Source: an uncultured virus (IMG/VR IMGVR_UViG_3300030202_002165)
Taxonomy: Duplodnaviria > Heunggongvirae > Uroviricota > Caudoviricetes
Strand: one strand, 5' to 3'
Virus record (IMG/VR): IMGVR_UViG_3300030202_002165
DNA length: 64,000 nt
Shown: positions 49,027 to 61,000 of the stretch, piece by piece
How positions within the stretch are numbered: the stretch's first letter is position 1
Layout: each line of letters starts with the position of its first letter
Made by a program: the position numbers and the translations under genes
The notes under the pieces: generated by a model
Told to the model about the DNA's origin: nothing
What the model saw: only the letters and a program-made list of their open reading frames with translations
Database searches by the model: none

Positions 49027-52000
49027 ATGTCAAATAAAAAATATCTTTGGGATTACAAAGATGCGGAGTTAGATAACAATAACCTCGAAGAGAAAAAAGA
49101 ACCTACGTTTCAAGAGTGGAATGAAACTTTTCATTATACTCCTGGACAAGCAACGGGCTTTGTAGTAGACGACAAAGAAGCAGAAGAAGTTCGTGATCTT
49201 ATAAAAGATAGAGGTGCAGTACATTACGGTGCAGATGATGTTCAAGAGTTAATAGCGGCAGATCAATCTACTGCAAATAAATGGGCCAACGCTTTAATAA
49301 AGCTTGCTCCTAAAACTTTAAATGTTGCAGTTGGAGGTATAGCTATGTTGCCTTCAGCTATAGGGACTACTGCGGATTGGTTGGTGGGAGGACTTGAAGA
49401 AGGTGAGGCTTGGAAAGATATATATGATAACGATTTTCACAGATCTTTAGACGGTATAAATGAGTGGTTAGACAAAGAACTTCCTAACTATTATACTAAA
49501 GAAGAGCAGAAAATGGGATTTATTAGAAGTATAGGAACAGCTAATTTTGTTAATGACTTTACTAATGGGCTTTCTTTTGTAGCTGGTGCAGTACTATCAG
49601 AACTGGCATTATCAGCAGCTACTGCAGCAACGTTTGGAGCAGCAGCACCTGCGCAAGGAGCGGGTACGGTTGGTATAGTATCAAGAGCAGCGTCTACCCT
49701 CAAAAATATTAGTAAAGGTAAAGCTGTAACTAATCCAACTAGAGGGACTAAAGTAGCTGAAAAATTTTATAATACTGTTCCTAAGTTAGGATCAAGAATA
49801 AAAGCTGGAGGAATGCTAGGACGACGATTATTAACCGGAGCAGGATACGAATCAGGAGTCGAAGCAAGGCATCATATTGATTCTGTTTATTCTGAATTAA
49901 GTTCTGCTGAAGAAGCTAAACTGGGAAGACCATTAACACAAGAAGAACAGGCCGACATCTACGATCTAGCTTCAGCTAGCGGTAATGCTGTTTTTACAGC
50001 TAACTTAGCTTTGGTAGGAGTAGGAAATATAGTTGCTTTTCCTAAACTGTTTGGACCTGGCTATAAAACAGCTTCAAAAAATTGGGGGAATGTTATGAGA
50101 GGGTTAAAGGGTGATTTAACATCTCCATACGTTGCCGCACATAAAGCATGGAGTAAACAAAGAAACTTTTTAAATGCTGCATACCATGTACTTAAGCGAC
50201 CGGCTTATGAAGGATTTGTAGAAGAAGGAGGCCAGTCTTGGTTAGATGTTGCGGGACAACATTCAGCAGCAGATTTTTATATGAGAGGTAAACGTCCTAC
50301 TCAACTAGAGTCTGTAAAAGGATTAATACAAGGAATGCATCAAACTGCTGTAGAAACTTTTGGCAGTAATCAAACTCAAAAAGAAATGGGTATTGGATTT
50401 TTACTTGGTGCGCTAGGTTTACCTACATATTCACGAACGCGAGGCACAGAAACTGTTGATCCTAAGACGGGTAAAAAGACTAAAGGTAAACGTGAATGGG
50501 GTATGATGGGAGGTTCTTATGGTTCTTATCAGGATATGAAAGCAGCTCAAAATAGAAGTGAAGCTTTAGCAGACTATGCTAATAAGTATCCTGATGCATT
50601 CCAAGCTTTAAAAAGTAACTTTGATTTATTAGTTAAAGACGGAACTCTTTCTGAAGAGATGGATGTAGCTATGGCTACTAATAATATGTTTGCATGGAAG
50701 AGTGCTAAAGATGATCAATTTTTTAACTATGTAAGATCTAGAACACAAGCTGGATACTTTAACGATGTAGTAGATGATATAGAATCTATTAGACAGCTGG
50801 ATAATAAAACTTTTGCAGAAGCATTTGGATACGATCCAGAAATGTCAGATACAGAACTATCTGCAAGAAAAGATAAAGTAGTAGAATCTGCTTTACGTAA
50901 GGCTAATTTAATCAAAAAGGCTAGTAAAACAATAGACAATTTATATCAAGGGGAAAACGATGCTATAAGAGAAAGTATGGAACATGCATTAGCTTCAGTA
51001 GAATTAGTAGGAATAAGAGAAGAGTCTATATTAGATAAAATAGATGAACTAACTGATGGTAAATTAAATCTACGGGCAAGTGAAGGTGTAAGCAAAATAT
51101 TAAAAGAAACATTAGGCTCTGGTACAGTATCATTTGCAGCGCGTGCGGCGGAGATTAGAGAGCAATTAAAACAAAATAGTAATTTAGGACCTGACCACCC
51201 AAATAAATTTCCTGCAGACACTGTTCAGGAGTTAGAAGCAGCTGCGGAAATGCTAGAAAAAGGGCTTGGTGAATTACAATATTCTAATGCTGTAGATGAT
51301 ATAGAGTTTATGAAGAAATGGCAAGCAGAAGATCCAGACGGATACAATGCCAGTCCACATAGAAATGAAGTAGCTCAAATGTTATCTGATCTTAGAAAAC
51401 TAAGAGAAAGAAGACAAGATGCTATTCGTATGTATAACCAGTTAAATACTAATTTAGGGGAAGCAGAGTTTAATAAACATGTAGAATACTATACTGATGC
51501 TTATGCTAAGCAAGAAAAGGCAAGACAGGAAGCTGCTACTGAAGAAGCTGTTGAAACTCAAGATCCGCAAGCTTTATATAATGTTAATTCAGAAGCTGAG
51601 TTTATTATAAAAGATCCTAAGAACGGTAAAGATTTATTAGTAAAGTTTGCAGATAAAGATCATATCCAAGGAGTTGAAGATCCGTCAAGACGTTATAGTA
51701 GTAAATTGCTAGCAACACATTTTGTAAGAACAGCATCTCCTTCAACAGTTGAGGTAGATCCAGAACCTACAAACGAAGGAGAAATTTCTGTAGAAACTTC
51801 AGAGGAATACGATTTACCAATACGTGATCAAATAAAAAAGCCTAGCCTTGAGCATATAGGATTTGGTAAAACTGCAGGACAGATGAGTGGTGATATGTCC
51901 CCGGAGCAACAAAACTTTTACAACTACTTACACAGTACAACAAACTTTTCTAATGTGGAGATAGAACTTGTCTCTCCTAAAAATAATAAGTATAGCTGGT

Positions 52001-55000
52001 TAGAGTTTTACGATAAAGATGATATAAAAGCTGTTGTTGTAAATAAAAAGTCAGGCACTCCTAAAAAGTTTAAGGGAGACTATGTGCATACATCTATTAT
52101 GTTACCAGAATTAACTAAGGACGGCACTCCTAGATTTTATGATTTAGACTCGTTGCCTAAAGAGTTTATTGACGCACGCGTAGAAGAGTTTAAACAGTTG
52201 CGAAAGACTGCAGCGGAAGGAAATGTTAGGCTGCCAATTACTGGAAGGTCTGCCTTATTTGCAAGTCAGGCTACAAAAGATAATATAAATAATGAAGCTT
52301 ATTATAGTATTGTAAAAAGAATTGTACCTACAAGAAAAGATATAGCAGATGTTGATTTACGAATAGCTACTTCAAATAAAGTGCCTATTAATGCAATTGA
52401 ATATAATGTAATTCCAGGTCTTCCTTTTATAGTGCATAATCAAATGCCGATTACATTATTTAAACGAACGTTAACTGAAAAAGAAAATACTACAATTACT
52501 AATTTATTAGTAATGTATTCTCAAAATATGATTTCTAAAGATCCATCTGTTCAAGAAAATCCAGATCAAATTCTAGACAGTGCTGTTGGTCAAGGAGAGA
52601 ATTTAAAGATAATAGATGCAATTAGAAGTATGATTAGATTTGGAGGGTATAAAGATGGGGCATCTAATCCAGAATATCAAATAAAATTAACTAATAAAGG
52701 AGTGCTACTTAAAGGAAGAACTGCTTTAACTTGGAAAGCTTTAGCAAATGAAGATCCAAAAGCTATTGATAAATTAAAAACTTTTCTTAGCAATAAGATT
52801 CATGACATTAATAATAATATACTAAGAAGTAACGATGTATATTATCATGTATCTTTAACAGAAGAAGGTTTAGATGTACAAGACTATACAAATTATAAAG
52901 AGTATTTATTAGCTCCTAGAGAGCTTACTGAGGAAATACCATATAGAACAGCACTAGCGCCTATGTCTACTGATATGGATGCTCCACAATTTGCAGGAGG
53001 ATATTTAACATTTGACATACCTTCAGCTGCTACTACGCCTAAAAAAGAAAGTACAGATAGTAGGCCTGCAGCTCAAAAAGAAGTAAATAAATTTGATACG
53101 TTTCAAAATATAATGACTGAAGGCACTGAATGGGCATTAGAAGGAGTTAGTACAAAAGGAGAGCCTAGATCTGCAAATTTTAAAGTAGTATCTCAAAATG
53201 GAGCAGCAACTGTTGTTGTACTACCTGGAGAGGATAAACTATACTCTGCTTGGATTCAAGAAATAATACAGCCAAATTTAGTTAATCCAGATTATGCGCT
53301 AGCTAATTTTCATATAGACGTTAGAGGCATTTATGAAATGAGTGTAGATGATTATAATAAAGTTAAACCACGTTTATATTCGAAAGAAGTTACTAGAGTT
53401 AATCCTTTTGAAGCAGTAGAAGAACAAACAGCAAATACTAGAAATGATATTAAACAAAAGGTAGAAGATGTTCCAGGTTATCTGTATAGTTATAAAGGAG
53501 TTCCAGTACTTCATAAGACTGATATTGTTACACAAGAAGGTACTCCAGGTACAGCTCAACGAACTACTTTGTTTGGCGGAGATGTTATCTATATAAATAA
53601 AACAAAAATGAAAGCTGCGTTTAAATCAAAAGCGTGGACAACTCCTAGAAAATTAAAAGACGGTACATCTATTATACCAATACCTACAAATGCATTTCCT
53701 ACATTAAAAGCTTTTGAATCTTTTATTATAGAGCATGAATATCAACATACTCAAATAAAACAGAAGAAAGGAGAAACGATGGGAGAGTATGAAGATAGAA
53801 TAAACCAGGCTGCTTTTAAAGCGTTAACACCTGAAGATGAGTCTACTGCAAATGAGAGTCCTAATCCTTTTGGACGTACTAGAAACAGACGTGCTCCAGG
53901 AGACACAAAAGCTTTAGAATCGCAACGTAAACTAAGAGGTAAGTATAAAAAAATAAACATAGCAGAAGAAAGACAATGGTTTGAAGGCAAGTTTAATATG
54001 CCATTTAATACTATGAAAGGGCTAGTATCTGGATCTAATTACGGAGAGTTTAGACAACTAGCTGATGTTATGATTTCAGAGATGGCTATTGAAGGAACTA
54101 CATTTCATGAGGCTTTTCATGTAGTACATGATTATTTTTGGACTCCAGAAGAAAAAGCACAAATATATAGAGATTATAAAAAATACACTAAACAGCCTAA
54201 CATTACTAACGCTCAGATAGAAGAGGAGTTAGCAGAAGAATTTAGACATTATATGTTAAAGGATGGATTGAGTGTAGTACCTCCTGTAAAAGGGCTTAAA
54301 GCTTGGTTTAAAAGATTATGGGATTTTATAAAATCTCTTGGTACTTCTGAAAGATATAGTCCAGAAGGGATTAGACTTGCTAATTTGTTTGAGTCTATTA
54401 GAACGACAGATTATAGGACTCCTAAACATGAGAAGACGGCACTATTAAATAGATTTCTTATATCTATTAACCCTACTACTAAAACATTAGAAGGCGCAAA
54501 TGTATCAGAAACAAAAGCTATTCTTGATGGATTTGTTAACTCTGTTTTTGATGAGCTGGATAAAGAAGAGTCTAGTTTACATTTTACTGATTTATTGAAT
54601 TTAACTACTAATACAGAAGTAACAGCTGAATTTGGAGTACTTATGCAGCATGGATTTGAAAACATGTTAGGAGTTCTAAGAAATCAAGTACAAGAACAAT
54701 TAGCTGACGGCACCTGGGCAGATCGTACAGATGTTAGCACAGCAGAACGAAATGCTGTTTATGATAATGCAGAATTTTTACAAGCTAATCAAGCAGAAAT
54801 ATTTGATTTGTTTACAGATTGGTTAGAAACTTTTGGCATAAACATGGAGATAGAGTTAAATGAGACGGAAGCTACTAAAGAAAATAACTTTGGAGCTACT
54901 CATCAAGTTTTAGAAACTTCTGCAAGAGGAAATTCTCCTAATGTTATTAAGCTACTTATTGCTAGCTTACCTATTAATAGTGCTACTAGTACTACTATGG

Positions 55001-58000
55001 GACTTTACGGGCTAGTAGACTACACTAATGTATTTGACTCTTTACATAATGAGTTAGCCGGTGTTCAAGATTTTGCAGGTCAAGTGCAAGCAATAAAAAA
55101 TATGGCTATGAATAGGCCTGATATTGCTCAACCTTTAGGCGTATTATTAAATAGACTAAAAGCTACTCACCAACCTTCAGAGTTAAACTTTAAACAAATC
55201 TCATTAAGAAATAAATTTATACAGCAATTTGATAAAACTAAAAATACTTATTATTTAAATTTAATTAAAGACCCTGTTACTATACACGCTACAGATTCTA
55301 ATACATCAAGAACTGAAGATAAAATACGAAATGATTGGCGCTCTAATTTCAGAGAAATGGCATTATCAGAAAAAGGATTTTTTAAAATTAATGATGAAAC
55401 TGGAGGAATCATACTAGACCCTAACAAAAAGTTTAAATTTGGAGCTAAGCAGGCTACTTATAAAACTCTCCCAAAATTCAAAGGGGACAGCTATTTTAAT
55501 TTTTTAGACTTACTTGGAATTAATTTCACTAATAAAGCAGCATTAAAAAATAATCCAGACTTATTGACTGAGATTATGGACCATGTTATTAATATTAAAG
55601 AATTCTTTTTAAATAAACAAGCAAACGATACGGCTCTTGAAGTAGAGGATTTGTTTAGAGAAGAAGATTCAGGTATTGCAGCGCGATTAAATAAGCTAGT
55701 ATCAATGGAGTTACCATATTATACTAATACAATCGAGCTACAGCATATTACTCCAGAAGGTAAAAGAGCATATGGTATTACATTAGGTAATTTTATGACT
55801 CGAGTAGCTAACTCTTTAAGTAGAGGAGTGGTTCCTAAGTATCTGCAAGATGCGGGTACTACTGTTAGTGGTTCTAAGTGGCTTGAAACGGTGCAAAAAG
55901 GAGGCGGAATTAATGTAGTTATATTAGAAGGGGCTACAGAAGATGAGAAAGGCTCTACAGGAAATGTTACTAAAAATTTAACACCTACAGATAGAGATGC
56001 AATGTATATTAATAATACATTAAATGGTAGGTATCCAATGCTACAAGCTTCTGAAAAGAAAACAGTATTTGGATTTGAAATACTAGATAAGAAAGGTGTA
56101 ATAGGAGCGCGTAAGATAAATAGGGCTAGATCTATTTCTGATTTATTAGGACATCTTAAAAATGAAATAGAAATTACTTTAAATCTTGTTAGAGACAATA
56201 AAGGGAATGATATAAAAGGATTTAAAAATACAGCTAGAGGTTTAAGAGCTTTTGATTATTTAAATGCTATGCCTTTACCTGGAGGCAAGACTCTGATAGA
56301 TGTTTTACAAGATGAGTTTGGGACTATATCTGCTGATGAAATAATGAAACAAAATTATACTCTTTTTGCGGGAGAGGTTGCCTTAAATGTAGATAAGCAT
56401 ATAGAAGAAACTACAGAAAGACTTATTAAAAATGGCATGCTTAAAATATATCCTAGCGGATTAATACATTTAAAAGGAATAGATGCTGAAACCTTTGGTA
56501 AGACTTTAGGACTGACACGTCCTACTAATAAAGAAGGAAATAAAATAGATTATAAACAAGTTATTGGAGAGAAGTTAAAACTGACTCCAGAAGAGCTTAG
56601 ACAATTTGTAGAAGCATTTGTTTTAAGAGACCAGTTATCAGCTTTAGAGCAATTAAAATTGTTCTTTGGAGATTTAGCATTTTTTACTGAAACTTCTCTA
56701 TATAAAAGAACTGCAGGTCCTCATGGAGTTAAGAAGTTTGCTATTACAGGGGAGTTTATTTCAGATTGGCTTAATCAAAATATTAAAAGATTTGATAATA
56801 AAATAGCTGACGATAGGGTGCGAACTATAATGTTAAGAGATGTAACAGCTTCTTCTCAATATTATAATGAGTATGCAAAGTTAGTTGGACCTGAAATAGC
56901 TGATGCTTATCTTAATTATAATGAGGCAGATGCTCAAGGATTTATAACAATAGATGAGTATATTGAATTCTTAACAAGAACAAGTGATATAACAGAGAAA
57001 CACTTAGATTTATATCAGAAAGTGCAGGAAGGATTACCATTAACTTCTGAGGAAATGATTTATTTTACACCTTTAAAACCTCAATATTATGGGCCTTCAG
57101 AAGCTGAGGGTATGTATAGTCCTGCATATTATAAACTATCTTTAGCTGTACTCTTACCGCAAATGCTGCAACGAGTGAATCCTAAGAATGGAATAATGGA
57201 AGAAACAGCCTTAGCACGTTTACATGAAGATATGGTTAATAATCAAGTAGGTATAGCTGTATTTGAAAGTGGTATTAAAATTGGAGGTAAAGTTGATCCG
57301 GCATCTGGATTGTCGCAAAGGTTTTATAATAGAACAGGGGAGTATTCTAAAATGAATCCAAATAATATCCAAACATTATACTATGATTATTTAGGAGTAC
57401 AAGTAGATATGGGAACTGCAGTTAAAGATAAATCTTCTTCAGGAACACAACGTAGGGCTTTAATATTAGCGAATCTTATGGAGAATGGGAAGGGGGATGA
57501 GAGTACTGTGAAGAGTTATAATGATGCGCATAATGCTATGACTAACCATAACTTTCAAAACTTTGTACATAAACTAGGGTTTAAAGCTGATTCTGAAGCA
57601 GAAAATGGATATGTACAAGTAGCAGATGCTGAATACTTAAAAGAAGCTTTACTAAATGAGACTCGCCAAAGGAAATTAAATGATAATGAAATGGACGGGC
57701 TAGAGCTATTATTAGAAAGTGAAGACCAGTTTCTAGAACTTGTTAGTAATAAACCCGCATTAGATAGTGTATTACATTCTTTATTTGCACGAGATGTAAT
57801 AGAGAAAAAACGTTTTGGAGGAGCATACGCCCAAGTATCTTCTACAGGATCAGAGATAGCATCAGAGGGAAGAGGTATAACATTAAAGGCTATGAAACAA
57901 TCCGACCATAGTTATGGTTCTAACACATCGCCTCTTAAATTTTATAGAATGTCTAAAGACGGAAAAAGAGTATTAGGCATGGAAGTAATGCTTCCGCACT

Positions 58001-61000
58001 ATTTTAAAGAGTTTTTAGGGAATGAAATACGTGTTATTAATAATCAGATTGTAGACGCCGACGGAAATGTAATTGCAGGTAAAGAGTTATTAGATATTTT
58101 TGCCTTTAGAATTCCTACAACAGGTTTAGGTACAATAGAAGTTATAAGTATTAAAGGGTTTTTACCTAAAGAAGCAGGAGAAGCTGTTATGACGCCATCA
58201 GAGATAGTAGTTAAATCTGGATCAGATTATGATATAGATAAACTTACTTTAATATTTCCTAACTATACTGTAATTAGAGAAGGTAACGCTAAACGCTTAG
58301 TTAAAATTCCTTATTTATCTGAGAAGATAGAAGATTTAGAAAAAGTACAGGCTCTTCGTCGTTATGACAGGCCTACATATAAAAGATTTATAGAAGAGGC
58401 GGGATTAAAAGAAGGGGATGTATTTAGAAAAGCATTTGATGACATAAATAAAGAATTAAATAAATATAAAAAAGATTTGTTTGATTTATATAATACAGAA
58501 GAAGTAGCTAAACTAGATGGAAAAATTTCTTTATTAAAAGAAGACCGAGCAACAGCTAAAACAGCTAGTAAACGAAAACTTATTTCTAATCAAATTGAAG
58601 ATTTAATTATGGATAAGATGGCTATAGTGTCTGGCTATACTAACCAAATTTATAAAATTGAAGAGAGTTTTAATGAGTTAGATAAAGCATTAGCAAAGTC
58701 TTCATATTTTAAATCTTTGCCTAATGAGTACAAAAATGCTACTAAAGCCTTAGAAAATAGAGAGATTGATATATCACGTGATATAGCTACTAGACCTGAA
58801 ATGCTTGCACAGCTGTTACGTCCTACAGGAGCTGCTAGATTAGAGCAATTGGCGGATAGATTATCTCTTGATACTGGTATACCTTTACAAGAAGACCTGT
58901 CTTATAATTCTATTTTAGGATTTAATCATAGACAAAATATGGGACAAAGATTTTGGGAAGGTAAGGCAGCTTTAGGTATAGCAGCTTTAGAAAATACTAT
59001 GCACGTAAAAATGCAGCAAACTAACGCAACTCAAACAGTTACAGATGCAAATTATAAATTTGCAGAATTACTACAATTTGAGGAAGAAGATTCTTTCGAA
59101 AGGGATGAGAAATATAAAGAGATGAAAGCAAAGATAGCCGCCCAATACGGAGAGGCAGACAAAACATACGTAAACTATTTAGGATTCAGTAAAGATCAAG
59201 GAAAAACAGGATACTATGTTAATGAAATGCTAGGAGAATTTGTTAATGCTTTTGTTGACGTAGCTAATAAACCGTTTGTATATGGATTAAATGCAAATAT
59301 GGAAACTGCCAATACAATATTTACTTTATTACGTAAAGGAATGAGTATAGATACAATAGGTACATTTTTAATGCAGCCAGCTTTAAGAGATCTTACCGCT
59401 GAAGTTCCAAAAGCTAAGTCATTTATTTTAAACCTTAGTAGGAAAGACATAGTAGACAATATTTATAATAAATATGAAGATATAGCAGGTAAGGAAAGAC
59501 TTGATCCGCAAGAGATTCATATAGAACAATTACAACGAGGATTAATGATGGGCAGAGATTTCGAATCTCTTAGCAAGCAACAACAACAAACATTTGGAGC
59601 GCTTCAATTAGCTGTTCTTGACATGTATAAACAAGCAAGACTAGATGCTCGAGATGTTAGTCAAGTTACTTCTGCATTGGCTTATGATACAAATCCGCCT
59701 ATGAATAGAATGGCTGCAAAAATAAAACAATTAAAATTGCAAAAGATTGGGGCATATGGATTTAAAACTGGGTTTTCAGTAGATATAGGAACTTTAACAA
59801 CTGACTCATGGATGTCACAAATGGTTACAGCTACAAATGAAATCTTACCTTTATATAAAGATTTCTATTTAGTAGATACAAGCCCTATTGTAGAGAGAAT
59901 GTTAGATGAAATAATAAGCAAAGCAGCATATAAACCAGAGCATGATCTAATAGCAGCACTAAATATACTTGAACATGATTACGTAACGTTTTTACTGTCA
60001 GGACTAACTGATTTAGAATCAGAAACTTCTCAGTTATTGCAAGGACCAAACAGTGTAGCAAGAAGATGGAGAGCTTTCCAAAAAGCAAATCCTGATAATT
60101 TATTATCTAAAGAATTATTTTCAGAATTACAAATACATAAAGATCCAAAGAATTTAGGATATAATATAGATGGTGTGAGAGCATTTGCAAGAAAATTACC
60201 TGCATTAGAGTCTAATTTATTGACAGAAGCATTTATGGAGCTATATAATGGATCTCCAGCACATAGAGATTTAGCAATTGATTTAATGAAAGTAGCTATA
60301 CTTCAATATGGCATGAATAAATCTCCAAGATCATTTATGAGGATTGTTCCAGCTGGACTATATTCTAAAATAGCTAAGGAAATGGTTGATGAGTATAAGA
60401 TTAGTAGATCCTTGGAGAGCAAGGGAATTATCAGTTCAGATACCGCGGACGATATGGCATTTTTAGACCAATTTCCAAAAAATAATTGGAATAACGATAT
60501 GATAGTTCCTACTGTTAGACCTGTATCCTTGACACCGGACATGTCTGAAGAAGATATGAGAAACGCCTACCCAAGAATGGAAGATGGTGTATTATATATG
60601 AGGGGAAGAGATGCAACATATGTAAAGACATGGGTAGTAGATCCTAGTATTTCAGAAGAGAAAAGAAAAAGGTTAGAAAAGGCCGGTAAACGATTACCTG
60701 TAGTTGCTAGATTATTTAAAGCTATTCCAGGTTCTCCTGAAGACAAATTAGTTGCATATAAAAATGTTCCTAAATTAGGAAATGGAGTTAATTTAAAAGA
60801 ATATAGTCTTAATTCTCAAAAGTCTTCTATTATTAATTTAAATAATGACTTAATAGGGTCTACTACTGAAGTTAAAACACAAATAAAAGATACACGAACT
60901 CCTGAAGAAAAAGTATTTGAAGGAAATATTTTTGATTTAAATGGTATTCCAGTAATTCCTATTAACTTACAAGGGGATCATGCAGATGGAATAGCACTTC

